Notes: a model not told the origin generated them from the letters alone. DNA of 64,000 nucleotides from Macrostomum hystrix (GCA_950097015.1 CATNEN010000003.1:6200001-6264000); one strand, 5' to 3'; shown: positions 1-14,589, counted from the stretch's first letter. Program-made: numbers and translations.

Positions 1-95
1 ATTCTAGCTAGCTGTCATTCGAGCTTCGATTCTAGCTTCGATTCCAGCTTGATTCCAGCTGCCATTCTTTGGCTACATCTAGCAGTTGCTCTCAC

Positions 96-3000
96 CTCAT
101 TTGATGCTTGTGCAGTCTCGACACATCGTCGTAGTGATGATAAAAGTCCTGATAGAGCAGATGCGAATGCAACCACTCGATCTGGGCTGTCAGGTAGCCA
201 GTTTCCCGCTCGGTGTAGCCTCCGGAATTGTCGCAGATCTGGGGGTCAGAAAAACCATAGATTTTTTTAACGACTATTTCATGGGCTTGCAGCTCGCACT
301 GAGAGTTAAAAAATTGTTATATAGCGTTAACTGTGTTAAGCGGGAAATTTAGAAAGATTACGAATATCTTTATTGGATATAGCTCGTACAAGAAGCCCAT
401 GTGTATTGAAAAGTTGACTGTAGCTCAACCGAAATGTATTGAAAAGCATACTTTACCAAGCCGATGTGTATCGAAAGATTATTTTACCACGCTGATATGC
501 ATTGAAAAAAAACACATTTTAGCCAGCCTATATGTATCGAAAAAACTGATTTTACCATAACTATATATGCATTGAAAAGCATTAAAGCCAAAAATGTTAC
601 TCAGTCGAAATGTATTGATAAAGTATATATAAGTCCACGGAGTTTAGAAATAAAATTTAATGTAATCTGTACAGCCATACAGGCAGGTGACGTTTGTATG
701 TACACAGATGAAGCGAAGACTGTATTAGCTTCATCATCGAGAGAAAAGAAAATTATGCAAAGAAGAAACTGTAAATAGACGATGCACAAACAAGAAATTT
801 TTACCAAATATTTACTAAACGCCGGTTCGTGATTTTCTCTTAAATTTTTTTGGAAAAATCTCATTATAAAAATAACATTTGACTCGACAAGATTTCCGAC
901 TGTATAAAATACATTGTAGAAACAATTTTTTGTTTAAATTAATTGTTTCGTTACGTTTTTTACAAAAAAATGAAATTAAACTAATTCAATTAAGATTAAA
1001 AAGTATTATCCTACTTATGAATATTTCTGCATACATAAAATAGTAGCGACTAACGCTAGTATTTATAATATCGTTACATAATCAATTTAGACTTTATAAG
1101 TCATAATAGTTTGCACTATTGCGGGATGTGACTCTGACATAGCCTCAGTTTACTTTCCAGTTCAGCCTAACACTCTCCCAACAGCTGAAATCAGTCACTC
1201 TGCTTTTGTCAAATATTTGCGCGAAGCAGCAGCAGCAGCAGCAGCAGCAGCAGTGCTGCATGCTCGCTCAATACAGCTATATAAATCGTTGCTTCCACTA
1301 GAGATCGATCCAGATTTTTCTGTTTGGCAGGTAGCTAAAGGCAGAATTTGAGCTGAGAAGGTTGAAATCTGATAATCACACGTTTGTCAGTTTTTTTACT
1401 TAACTTTGATCTTTCTCTCGCGTGATTCGATTCCAAACAGTATTTGTTAGTAACTACTGTTCTGCGGTGTAGTGTTCATTGGATTTCGAACTTCTGTGGT
1501 TTTAGTGTCTATGGCTTCATTAGGTATAGTGTGTGACTCCAGTGGGTAGTGTCTATGGATGCAGTTGGCAGTGTCTATGGCTTCATTAGGTATCATCGAG
1601 GTATCATGGTAGCTTCTATGGCTTGAGTGGATTGTCTGGACACTAGAAAAAACTATCATCGCAAATATATATCGGTAAATGAAAGTTCATTTCAGCGCCA
1701 CTAAGGATACGCTCGTATTTCTAAGTATAATAATCAAATTAACTCCCCAAGTATCTCAAATCTCGATTCATAGAATAAGTCCTCACCTAAAAGCTACTGT
1801 ACTAATAGTATTCAAGTAAGTAACTCGATCAGCAATATATATTAGTTTATCGTTTTCTAATTAAAAAATTGGATAAATTCAAAAGAATGAAAGAGAAATG
1901 ATAATTATTTAGATAACGACTTGAGTGAGTGAGGATGACCGAAGGATAGATTAATAGGTGTGAAATATAAGTAAAACTATAATTATAGTTAACTTTCCAA
2001 ATAAATAAATCTACATTAAATAAACATACGTTTTCTGATGTACATTAGCAATGCCTAATCAAATATAACAACCGATGTACATTAGCTATGCCTAATCAAC
2101 GATAGGAACTGATGTACATTAGCTATGCCTAATCAACGATAGGAACTGATGTACATTAGCTATGCCTAATCAACGATAGGAACTGATGTACATTAGCTAT
2201 ATAATCAACGATAGGAACTGATGTACATTAGCTATGCCTAATCAACGATAGGAACTGATGTACATTAGCTATGCCTAATCAACGATAGGAACTGATGTAC
2301 ATTAGCTATGCCTAATCAACGATAGGAACTGATATACATTAGCTATGCCTAATCAACGATAGGAACTGATGTACATTAGCTATATAATCAACGATAGGAA
2401 CTGATGTACATTAGCTATGCCTAATCAACGATAGGAACTGATGTACATTAGCTATGCCTAATCAACGATAGGAACTGATGTACATTAGCTATGCCTAATC
2501 AACGATAGGAACTGATATACATTAGCTATGCCTAATCAACGATAGGAACTGATGTACATTAGCTATGCCTAATCAACGATAGGAACTGATGTACATTAGC
2601 TATGCCTAATCAACGATAGGAACTGATGTACATTAGCTATGCCTAATCAACGATAGGAACTGATATACATTAGCTATGCCTAATCAACGATAGGAACTGA
2701 TGTACATTAGCTATGTCTGATCAAAGATAAGAAGTGATGCACTTGAAGGATTTTCAATCCCCTAAAAAGTGTTTTAGGCGCTTCTAAAACTGCACAATAT
2801 CCGTTCAGTAACAATTTTTTGCAAAAATGTTTTCCCACTGAGTGACATGCAAATGACAGCGTCAGTATGAGACGCCAGTTTAACACTTTGTCTCTAACAG
2901 ATATCTTTTCGAAGGATATGGAAGAATGCTTTTTTCAGTCTATCATTCTCTACATTGCCGAAACGATATCTCCAAACACAGTGGTTGGGTTTGAATTATT

Positions 3001-6000
3001 AATCACTTGTATGGGATAAAAGTACATTTCAAATACTGTGTTGGTATCAGTGCTCAGTAAATGTGCTATGTAATGATGTAGCTGAGAATTTGTTTGCTCT
3101 ATTCCTCACTCCATCCGTCATTGGATATGGCATATCTGTCATGCAGGCCCGGCACCTTTTTTAAAGGATTTGCTGTCTTGTCATTTTTATGTGCACTTTG
3201 TCAGCGGTGCGGGCCACACTCTACTGTCGCTTTGGATGATTATTTTTCCAATAATAATATTTTAAAAGAATAAAAGGATAGAACAGTTAGAATAGAACAG
3301 TAGAATAGAACAGTTTGAATAGAACAGTAGAATAGAACAGTTTGAATAGAACAGTTTGAATAGAACAGTTTGAATAGAACAGTTTGAATAGAACAGTTTG
3401 AATAGAACAGTTTGAATAGAACAGTTTGAATAGAACAGTTTGAATAGAACAGTTAGAATAGAACAGTTTGAATAGAACAGTTTGAATAGAACAGTTTGAA
3501 TAGAACAGTTTGAATAGAACAGTTTGAATAGAACAGTTTGAATAGAACAGTTTGAATAGAACAGTTTGAATAGAACAGTAGAATAGAACAGTAGAATAGA
3601 AAAGTTTGAATAGAACAGTAGAATAGAACAGTAGAATAGAACAGTTTGAATAGAACAGTTTGAATAGAACAGTTTGAATAGAACAGTAGAATAGAACAGT
3701 TTGAATAGAACAATTTGAATAGAACAGTTTGAATAGAACAGTTTGAATAGAACAGTTTGAATAAAACAGTTTGAATAGAACAGTTTGAATAGAACAGTTT
3801 GAATAGAACAGTTTGAATAGAACAGTTGGAATAGAACAGTTTGAATAGAACAGTTTGAATAGAACAGTTTGAATAGAACAGTAGAATAGAACAGTTTGAA
3901 TAGAACAGTTTGAATAGAACAGTTTGAATAGAACAGTTTGAATAGAACAGTTTGAATAGAACAGTTTGAATAGAACAGTTTGAATAGAACAGTTTAAATA
4001 GAACAGTTTGAATAGAACAGTTTGAATAGAACAGTTTGAATAGAACAGTTTAAATAGAACAGTTTGAATAGAACATTTTGAATAGAACAGTTAGAATAGA
4101 ACAGTTTAAATAGAACAGTTTGAATAGAACAGTTTGAATAGAACAGTTTGAATAGAACAGTTTGAATAGAACAGTTTGAATAGAACAGTAGAATAGAACA
4201 GTTTGAATAGAACAGTTTGAATAGAACAGTTTGAACAGAACCGGCAGAATATAACAGTTAAAATAGAAAATATACAATAGAATAGAATTGACCTGCACCT
4301 ACATGTCAATCATGCTTTATTTTCTGTACGCCAATTAAGCGTCATTGTCTCCAGTTCTTCCTAAGTGACTGGTTGAGTCGTTTCTTGACCTCATCAAGCT
4401 GATGTCGCTAGTAGATTCAGAAAATTGATTAATTAAGCACCCAATGTGCTTGCAATAGTACAAAGTTATCCTCATAATTACTATGCCAAGTAAATGCCTG
4501 AAGTATAATCCCTATAAAATGAGTTTCTGATGCGTGAAATTAATTTATCATTGTCTTTTTGGTCTTGAACTCAGAAATTAGGTGAAAAAATCTGATTTAT
4601 GATACCTAAAGTTAATTCGCTCAGAAAAATCTTACTTTATGTTCTTACAAAACTCACTCTAAGAGTTGGTTGAAATCACTCCGAAATCTCACAGAATCTC
4701 TATTCGAAATCTCGCTGCCCGCTGCCACGATGCCCGCAGCCCTGCAGCAATTAATATTATTATTTAATATCCGAAATCTCACAGAATCTCAATCTAAAAT
4801 CTTATAGACTCTCTATCTGAAATTTCTCGCAATCTCAAGAATCTCACAAAAAATCTAAAAAACAATCTATCAGAATCTCATTTTGAAATCTTAAAGAATC
4901 TCTTTTTTAATTCTTAGAATTTTTTTCTTAGAATATTCTTTTCTTATAATCTTATTTTTAATTTCTTAGAAAATGGTTTCGAAATTTCTTAGAATCTCTT
5001 TTGTAATTTCTTAGAATCGCATTCCGATATTTCTTAGAATCGCATTCCAAAGTTACTTCCGAAGATAACTAGCCATACTGCTAAATTACCATATTAATTA
5101 CCATAAATACCATATTGCAATCAATTACCATTATAACAAAGGCTGAAATGACTTTCCTTTTTATTCGCATTTTTTCCGTGAGTCTAGCGAGAAGTCATAA
5201 TTATTATTTTCGGGCTAGGTTCCCAAGAACTTATAAACCTACTAGTAAATGAATATTCGCGTCTCAATTTTTCTCCTGAAGTATCGATGAGAAAATCTTA
5301 CTCAAAGGCACGAGCTCGATTCGATAAAATGAACCGAAAAAGACAGCCACTTTTAAACCAAATTATTTATCCAATACGATTAGAAGACTGTCCCTTTATT
5401 AGCACGTCTAATAACCGAATGAAGAATTTCTACTGACTTTGAACACCGAAGCCATTTAATTCTAGATATGAACATCAAGTAATAAGTCAGCTTTTGCTGT
5501 CAGGGTATTGGATAATAAAACTTTGCTAACTGCTCTCAAACTCCTTCTTACCCTCCCCTCTCTCCCCTCTCTCCCCTCTCTCCCCTCTCTCCCCTCTCTC
5601 CCCTCTCTCCCCTCTCTCCTCTGTCTCCCCTCTTTCCCCTCTCTCCCTTCTCTCTCTCCTCTCTCTCCCCTCTCTCCCCTCTTTCCCTTCTCTATCTCCT
5701 CTCTCTCCCCTCTCTCCCCTCTCTCCCCTCTCTCCACTCTCTCTCCCCTCTCTCCCCTCTCTCCCCTCTCTCCCCTCTCTCCCCTCTCTCCCCTCTCTCC
5801 CCTCTCTCCTCTGTCTCCCCTCTTTCCCCTCTCTCCCTTCTCTCTCTCCTCTCTCTCCCCTCTCTCCCCTCTCTCCCCTCTCTCCCCTCTCTCCACTCTC
5901 TCTCCCCTCTCTCCCCTCTTTCCTCTCTCCCTTCTCTCCCCTCTCTCCCCTCTCTCTCCTCTCTCTTCCCTCTCTCCTCTCTCTCCTCTCTCCCCTCTCT

Positions 6001-6789
6001 CCCCTCTCTCTCCCCTCTCTCCCCTCTTCCCCTCTCTCCCCTCTCTCTCCCCTCTCTCCCCTCTCTCCCCTCTCTCCCCTCTCTCTCCTCTCTCTCTCAT
6101 CTCTCCACTCTCTCCCCTTTCTCCTCTCTTCCCCTATCTTCTCTCTCACTTCCTCCTACAACTGAGTGTTTAATAGACTATTTATTTCTATAAAAACATT
6201 CTTTACAATCAACAGCTGGTCTTCATTCTATCATCAGGCATTCCTTCTCTCGATGCCCATTTACTCTCTGATTAATAAATTTAGCCTAACAAAATTTCTG
6301 CTAATACTAAAATTGAAAATAATTAACTTCTGAATCTAAATAATAAAAAAGGTTGAATTTCATTGCAACTAGGGAAGTCTCAAAGGCAGGATAAATACAT
6401 TTGTCCTCACACGCCTCAAATGCTGCATAAATCTCTAGCATGAATGGAGTTGCATGTTAGTTGGACTTGAAAAGTCACCATATACTCGTATTTCCCAGAC
6501 AAGCGGACTAGGCAATGCCAGTAAAGTACAGTTGCAATAAGATTGATCAGCAACTCTGTGTGTGTGTGCCTCTGGGAGGGGGTCGCTCAAAGTTCCCAAA
6601 TTTCAGACTCCGCATTTATCGCCGAATCCGAAAGCTTTCTCCTATGTAGTCTCTTCCCTGTCTCTCTCTCTCTTTCTTCATTTCCCTAGTGACCCGGCAA
6701 CACTTGGACCTATTAGGAACCTATTTCAGCAATTCCTTAACCCTATTTACTCATCGTTTAACTGAAAATTTGAAGAGAAAAGCCGATAC

Positions 6790-6824
<35 letters not shown>

Positions 6825-9800
6825 ATGCCGCCGCTGATGTTTTAGGACAGGTCCTTTTAACTAAATCAATTTTTGCTTTAATAAATTTCTCTTAAAAAAA
6901 AAGTTAAGAGTCGAAAAATTTTCACTTCTGTTTCCTTTTTCCCTCACCCCCTTTGTCTTCCTTTCCTACCGTCTCTCTTTCTATCTCTCTCCATCTCTCT
7001 CCATCTCTCTCCATCTCTCTCCATCTCTCTCCATCTCTCTACATCTCTCTCCATCTCTCTACATCTCTCTCCATCTCTCTCCATCTCTCTCCATCTCTCT
7101 CCATCTCTCTACATCTCTCTCCATCTCTCTACATCTCTCTACATCTCTCTCCATCTCTCTCCATCTCTCTCCATCTCTCTCCATCTCTCTCCATCTCTCT
7201 TCATCTCTCTCCATCTCTCTCCATCTCTCTCCATCTCTCTCCATCTCTCTCCATCTCTCTACATCTCTCTCTATCTCTCTCCATCTCTCTCCATCTCTCT
7301 CCATCTCTCTACATCTCTACGCTACATCTCTCTACGCCTTTTACATCTCTCTCAATCTCTCTAAATATCTCTACATCTCTCTCTACATCTCTACGTCTCT
7401 CTAAGCGATCTCTCCCACTCCTTCGTTTCCCAAAATGCCAAAGTGTCAAATTCTTTCAGTTGTCGAGCATTTGATCTGAGTGCGCACTAGAGAATTTTGT
7501 GTTAGTACACTAGCCGGCTTATTCTGATGTTAGATGCCTTCAGGCTATGCTATCCAAGTCAGGCTTGTGAGTAATTGGAATAATTTGCAATTTCTGACGC
7601 ACGTGAATTACCAGCGGCTAGTAGTGTATATAAAGTATACTCAGCATTAACATTACTCAAGCTCAATTTGTGATAGGATAGCGTTTCACTCGCGATTCTC
7701 ACAAATTCGTCATTATATCCTTCAAGAAGCAATCGACTTGTTATCATTATCAGCGGCAAGGAAACAAAGACAGACATTATATTGTAGATTCTGAAGAGCG
7801 TTATCAGGACTAGAACACAGCAAACTTCCCTTTCATTACACTGATGTTCATCAGTGGTATTTCAAGATCACGGGGGGTATTTCACATCTCTCTCTCTTTG
7901 TATTTCACATACAAAAGGATTTTATTGGGAATCGAACTCACGACGTACTATATTGATCGGAACGAACTTGGCTAGTTAGGCACAGAAAGGAGAAATAATT
8001 TTTTTTGGGACGAACGTGGCGACTGAGGGTGAAAAGTCGACGATAGTTTTTCTCCAGCAGCAGTAGATCGTATCCGGGACTCCGGCATCTCCCTAATTTT
8101 TTCTCGCCGACATAAAACTCCTTCCCCGACTGTCATGGGGGGATGAGAAGGGATAAAACTAGAGTACATTTAAGGCTCAATTTTAAGCAAACACACAGCA
8201 ATGAGACACTGTGACTTTGTCATCTTTTACAACTGTAACTCTACATCTCTTTACATCATCTGCTAGTTCCTTTTCCATGTCGAAGCCTTCAACATCTGAG
8301 GCTAACGCCATGCTTAACTGGCACTGTAAACGCCGCTTTTCAAATCATTAATTTCACGAATAGAACAGAAAAGATAGATGTGAATAGTTAAAAAAGAACA
8401 GTAATAATAACATTGGGAATAGAAAAATATATAATAGAACAGCTAGAATAGAACAGTTTGAGTAAAACAGTTAGGATAGAACAGTTAAAATAGAACAGTT
8501 AGAATAGAACAGTTAGAATAAAACAGGTAGAGTAGAACAGTTAGGATAGGACAGTTAAAATAGAACAGTTAGAATAGAACAGTTAGAATAAAACAGTTAG
8601 GATAGAACAGTTAGAATAGAACAGTTAGAATAGAACAGTTAGAGTAGAACATTTAGAATAGAACAGTTAGGGTATAACAGTTAGAATAGAACAGATAGAA
8701 TAGAACAGATAGAATAGAACAGTTAGAATAGACCACTTAGAATAGAACAGTTAGAATAGAACAGTTAGAGTTGAACATTTAGAATAGAACAGATAATATA
8801 GAACAGATAATATAGAACAGTTAGAATAGAGCAGTTAGAATAGAACAGTTAGAATAGAACAGTTAGAATAGAACATTTAGAATAGAACAGATAATATAGA
8901 ACAGTTAGAATAGAACAGTTAGAATAGAACAGTTAGAATAGAAAATTTAGTATAGAACAGTTAGAGTAGAACAGTTAGAATAGAACAGATAGAATAGAAC
9001 AGTTAGAATAGAACAGTTAGAATAGAACAGTTAGAATAGAAAATTTAGTATAGAACAGTTAGAGTAGAACAGTTAGAATAGAACAGATAGAATAGAACAG
9101 ATAGAATAGAACATTAACTGACAAATCTCATACCTCTTCCACCGCTAGTTCCATTTCCACATCGAAGCCTTCGTCCTGTTCCTTCTGCGAATAATAATTA
9201 GTAAACGGCCCGCTGATGGCTTTGATGACAGGCTTGTCACTCTCGCAGGGCACCACATAGGCGTTCCAGCTAACCTGTCTTGTGAAGTGCCTTGGCACAT
9301 TTTTTATGTCGCTATAGAATACTCGCAGTTTCAATTGTCGGCCAAGGATGTCAGTTTCAACCACCCACTGCTGCTTATCAGTGTCGTAGCATCTGGCCGC
9401 GCTTTTGTGACGCGAAGTTGGAATCAGGTCAACTGTTGTCACCGGCCACATTGACAGCAGGTTGATGCTCACCTGTTTGCGGTTTTGTTTTAGAATGAAA
9501 ACTTTTAACAGTGCGGTTAAAATCGCTTGAAATGGGGGCTGTCGCTACAATCGAATGGGGTTGTCGCTAGATTCAGGAGGTTGTTGCTAGAATTAGGGGG
9601 CTGTCGCTAGAATTAGGGGGTTGTCGCTAGAATTAGGGGGTTGTCGCTAGAATTAGGGGGTTGTCGCTAGAATTAGGGGGTTGTCGCTAGAATTAGGGGG
9701 TTGTCGCTAGAATTAGGGGGTTGTCGCTAGAATTAGGGGGTTGTCGCTAGAATTAGGGGGTTGTCGCTAGAATTAGGGGGTTGTCGCTAGAATTAGGGGG

Positions 9801-11886
9801 TTGTCGCTAGAATTAGGGGGTTGTCGCTAGAATTAGGGGGTTGTCGCTAGAATTAGGGGGTTGTCGCTAGAATTAGGGGGTTGTCGCTAGAATCGGAGTG
9901 GGTTGTCGCTAGAATTAGGGGGTTGTCGCTAGAATTAGGGGGTTGTCGCTAGAATTAGGGGGTTGTCGCTAGAATCGGAGTGGGTTGTCGCTAGAATTAG
10001 GGGGTTGTCGCTAGAATTAGGGGGTTGTCGCTAGAATTAGGGGGTTGTCGCTAGAATTAGGGGGTTGTCGCTAGAATTAGGGGGTTGTCGCTAGAATTAG
10101 GGGGTTGTCGCTAGAATTAGGGGGTTGTCGCTAGAATTAGGGGGTTGTCGCTAGAATTATGGGGGTTGTCGCTAGAATTAGGGGGTTGTCGCTAGAATCG
10201 GAGTGGGTTGTCGCTAGAATTAGGGGGTTGTCGCTAGAATCGGAGTGGGTTGTCGCTAGAATTAGGGGGTTGTCGCTAGAATTAGGGGGTTGTCGCTAGA
10301 ATCGGGTTTTATCGTTAAAATAGGAGGGTTGTTAATGTAATTTCGGGGTTGTCGCTAGAATCAGGGGTTCACCCCTAAAATCTGAGGGTTGTCTTTTAAA
10401 GCTTTGTAATTCCCTGTAGACAAACATTGCAGTTGTGCATGCTTTCTAGGTAGCCTTCTACTTCACTGAACAAAAAGCACATTTGTTGGATGCTGATCCT
10501 CGCTACAATTCTAGACTTTTAATTAACTTTCGATTTTTCAGCTGTCCTAACTATTTCACTTGCTTTTTAGCATTTAAAATAGTTTTCCAGACAGCTCGCT
10601 GTTGTATAGACTTCTTTAAATACTTTTGTCATCTTGTTTTATGCATCGTGGATTTCCTGTTTCTGTGAAAAAGCAACCTCGTTTGATGGCATTGTGCTAA
10701 AAATACGGCTGTATCTGCGATGATGACAATTGAGACATTGGGATACATACGTTCAATGGTCGGGTTGTCGCTAGAACCGGAGGGGTTGTCCCTAGAATCG
10801 GAGGGGTTGTCGCTAGAATCGGAGGGGTTGTCCCTAGAATCGGAGGGGTTGTCGCTAGAATCGGAGGGGTTGTCCCTAGAATCGGAGGGGTTGTCGCTAG
10901 AATCGGAGGGGTTGTCGCTAGAATCGGAGGGGCTATCGCTAGAATTGGAGGGGTTGTCACTAGAATCGGAGGGGTTGTCGCTAGAATCGGAGGGGCTATC
11001 GCTAGAATTGGAGGGTTTGTTCCTAAAATAGGAGGAGGTTTGTCGCGGGCTAAGGCATTAGGAAACGAACCTTCAATGGAAAGCGAGACGTCAAATGCGA
11101 GAACAGGCTACTCTGTCCCACATTATAGCTGTCGCCGTATCCTTTAGCGTCGAGCATCTGGTCGATGACGTCACTCTGGTAGGTGCTGTCGCCAAGCTGG
11201 AAGGTGACCTTGTAGCGCACTCGGCACCAATGATCGAAGCTGCTATGCCTATAGATTTGGATGCTGGGTTGAGCGCTCTGGCGGAGGCTACCGAACTCGT
11301 CCGCCTCGCGCAGATGTACCGCCAGGTTCCAGTCGCAGCCGGCGAAGGCAAAGTAGGACGTCTCGATTCGTTCCAAAGATTGCATCTCTCTCGGCTCCCT
11401 TGGCAGTTGGAGCTCTTCGCGAAACTCGGTGCATGCCGACCGAAGCTCGACTTCAACCAGAGCCTTCTGATCCGGGAACATGAAGCCGCGACGCTCCAGA
11501 TCCGTGACGCAGAGAAAATTTGATCGGCCGAAGCGTTGTCGAGCCTGGTCGAATACAACGCCCCGCTCCTGATAGGTCTCATTGCCGGTGAAGTGACTTC
11601 GGTTCAGAATGGTGAAACTGAAATCCAGGGTCACCTCGGTGCGATCGGCTTGACTTCTGAGCGACAGGTAGCAGCCCAGGTGTTTGTCGTCGCGTGTAAA
11701 AGCGACTCGCCATTTCTGATAAGCGTAGGTAAAATCTTTCGACGAGCACTCGCTCAGGTAGCCCTTGACCAGGTGAGGCGGCAGGATAAATGTCAAAACT
11801 TGAGTCGAGTGTCGATCGTTTAGGGCGACGCATCTGTGCAAAAAGGCAGCTTGAGTAGGCTTCTGTTGAGCAGTTGTGGACGCCAT
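96..11886 (-). CDS. MATH/TRAF-domain protein, multi-exon, 3' end beyond window left edge
   Basis: Exons 11886-11071 (ATG; MATH-like FTYAYQKWRV...HLGCYLSL...LDFSFTILN...FGRSNF; donor AAG|GTTCGT), 9472-9134 (cag|GTG; GAG|GTATGA) and 238-96 (cag|ATC; ICDNSGGYTERETGYLTAQIEWLHSHLLYQDFYHHYDDVSRLHKHQM; AG|GTGAGA). Splice phases are compatible. Confidence 0.8.
2036..2735. repeat. 37-bp minisatellite (TGATGTACATTAGCTATGCCTAATCAACGATAGGAAC), ~18 copies
   Basis: Unit starts at 2110 and 2147 (37 bp apart); lies in the MATH gene intron. Confidence 0.95.
3279..4290. repeat. 14-bp minisatellite (GAATAGAACAGTTT)n
   Basis: Direct tandem repetition; source of spurious ORFs. Confidence 0.95.
5550..6150. repeat. 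Polypyrimidine 9-bp repeat (CTCTCTCCC)n
   Basis: Direct reading; produces the spurious ERG/PLS ORFs. Confidence 0.95.
6970..7400. repeat. 10-bp repeat (CCATCTCTCT)n
   Basis: Direct reading. Confidence 0.95.
8430..9115. repeat. 14-bp minisatellite (AGAATAGAACAGTT)n, same family as 3279-4290
   Basis: Direct reading; more degenerate than the first array. Confidence 0.93.
9588..10303. repeat. 20-bp minisatellite (CTAGAATTAGGGGGTTGTCG)n
   Basis: About 35 near-identical copies; occasional 22-bp variant with AATCGGAGTGGG. Confidence 0.95.
10762..11010. repeat. 21-bp variant array (CTAGAATCGGAGGGGTTGTCG)n
   Basis: Related to the 9588-10303 unit. Confidence 0.92.
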
Positions 11887-13309
11887 AATGGGATTAATGT
11901 CTGAATGGGTCGGGGAAAAGTCTACTCGAAGCGCTCACACAGACTTATAGGAACATTGTCTAGATATAGTCGTGAAACCTGAAGGTGCGTCAATCCAGTT
12001 GGACTAATTCTATTACGATTTTTTCCTACTCTTTGGAGAACAGTTTCAGTGTGAGAGTGTCTCGCTATGAGAGTTTTACAGCCAAGGTTTCCTCCCATCC
12101 CAAACCAACGATTTGCCAAGCGAAATCATTGGCCAGTTGCGATGGTGGTGGAACTGCAGATTCCCAAACTGTGAGTAGGGTAGGGGGGAGATGTTCCCCA
12201 AGCCCTGGCCAATAGGTCTCCACCTCCAGTCTACCCGTTTCCTAACTCATGGAGCTCTGCATCTAGAAACTAGAGAGACAACTGCCCGCCAGATCCCCAT
12301 TTCCCAGTCATTAATATACACTGGGCAGGTTGTGAAGCACTGCTTGGAGAAAAGCACTGGTAGTTGCCAACTCAGGCACCGTATTTTCAAAATGTTTGTT
12401 GTTTCTGAGAGAAAATCTGAATTAAAACTCTACATTTTAATTAAATGTATTAGTTCGTTCGATAGGTATTGATGTTTTCTACAATTCAAAGTTAAAGTTA
12501 TTTATTTAAACGAAAGTTATTAGCGTTTTTCTCCACGTGGTTCATCAGAATTTCCTATCTGCCCATTGTATTTTCGGCACGGTCCGGAGAATGGGGGTTT
12601 GGCGGGGAGTTGGTCTCTAGAGCCTCTGAGCCTAGCTTTAAAAAAGGGGTTGGTATTGTTCTAGTACGCCCGGGAACAGAAGCAAGTTCAGCATGCTGAT
12701 TTGGCTGTGCTTGGTTGGTGTCTGTGAAACTGGGCATAAAACCCTACTCTAAGGCCTATAGCGTGTAATGGATGGAACAGTGCCAGGTATGGGGAAATGC
12801 TGTCTCAACGAAAAAAACCTGGTCGCTATAAGCCCATACCGACGACTATTTTGAAGTGACTGGACAGTGGGTAGGCATAGGGATGCATAGGATTATGGGA
12901 AGTACGAGCGAAGTGACTGCAGGGCAAAATGCTCAGTCTTATTTCCTATTTTTTTTTCTCGATTTGCTCACGCAAACACAGTTAAGAGTAATAATATGAA
13001 CTCAAGCTGTGATGTAGGCTCACGATATAGAGTTGTCCTCTAGAGCTTGGCATTGTGAAGGATTTTTGGCACGCAAAGTGCCAGCAAAAAGTAATCTCAG
13101 TTGCTTATTTTTAATTGGTTTCACATTTCACTCGCATGGCTAGAGCTTGTTGACAGGTGGTAACTAATGAGACGGAAATAATGATCTATTCGGGCCTATT
13201 CCAGATCTATTCCAAACTCTACCTAATATATTTATTTAAAATAGATTATATCTATGCTTCATTAGGACTGACTGACAGAAGCAAACTAGAGAAAGAAGTA
13301 CAGAAGGCG

Positions 13310-13870
13310 AGTAGACAGGCAGAGAGTAGACAGGGAGAGTAGACAGAGAGAAGACAGGGAGAGTAGACAGAGAGAAGACAGGGAGAGTAGACAGAGAGAA
13401 GACAGGGAGAGTAGACAGAGAGAAGACAGGGAGAGTAGACAGAGAGAAGACAGGGAGAGTAGACAGAGAGAAGACAAAGAGTAGACAGAGAGTTGACAGG
13501 AAGAGAGGAGAGAGAGAGAGTAGACAGAGAGAAGACAGGGAGAGTAGACAGAGAGAAGACAAAGAGTAGACAGAGAGTTGACAGGAAGAGAGGAAAGAGA
13601 GAGAGTAGACAAAGAGAGTAGACAGAGCACAGAGAGTAGAGAGAGAGTAGACAGAGAGAGTAGACAGAGAGAGTAGACAGAGAGAGTAGACAGAGAGAGT
13701 AGATAGAGAGGGTAGACAGGGAGAGTAGATAGAGGCTAGACAGAGAGAGTAAACAGAGAACAGACAGAGAGTAGACAGAGAGTAGACAGAGAGAGTAGAC
13801 AGAGAGAGTAGACAGAGAGAGAGTAGACAGTGAGAGTAGATAGAGAGGGTAGACAGGGAGAGTAGATTTA
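13310..13870. repeat. Purine-rich compound repeat (GAGAGTAGACAG-type)
   Basis: Direct reading. Confidence 0.9.
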
Positions 13871-14589
13871 GTTGACTATTTTAAACAGAGTAGATTAAGT
13901 AAGAGTAGACAGGACAGGAGCAAGATTCCTAACAATGTCTAGTACTCATTTTGAAAAATAAATAAAAAACCCAATTTGCCTAACCAGTAATAAAACTAAG
14001 CTCGGGTTGGCAAGGGACAAGAGTTTTGGTAGGCATTTTTACGCATACAATACAGTTTGACCATTTTTGGTTCTGCAACAAAAGAGAAAGAAAATATATA
14101 GTTAAGTAGAGAAAGTAGAGCTCAGGTACACAAGGCAATAATAGCATTTGGGGCAGTGTTAATGGTGTAGGTATGTAAAGGTATGCAATGTAAAGCCACA
14201 CAAACACACACACACACAAATGCCATATATATAGAACGAGGAAATGGTTCTATACACGGTGATTGATTGACGCATATATTTGCGTGTGTGCAATTTGAGT
14301 ACCCTTAATACATTTTTGTAGTGTGGCGCTAATTCTATTCACATGGACATGTATACGCTTGAGCTTGATAGTGAAACAGTATTCTGAGCACAGTCACAAA
14401 TTGAATTGATGAACTGGTCATCATATCGTCATAATTTCTTATTTTAATTTATAATAACCATGTTCCTACACTGGTCCTCACTAGGTCCTTTACACCCTAG
14501 GTTCATTCTTGGTCCTACCATGATTTTTTCTGGTCTTTACCTAGTTTTCCCTGGTTTTCACAGTGGCTTATATTCTTTTTCCTTTATTG

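Noticed and set aside
395-625. ATGTATTGAAAAG-like motifs every ~31-43 bp with variable spacers (CRISPR-like look)
   Set aside because: Repeats are short and degenerate, spacers resemble each other, there are no cas genes and the context is a eukaryotic intron; best read as a decayed minisatellite.
5462-7474. Long ERG/PLS/SLSI ORFs resembling collagen or low-complexity proteins
   Set aside because: Translations of pyrimidine microsatellites inside an intron, open in several frames.
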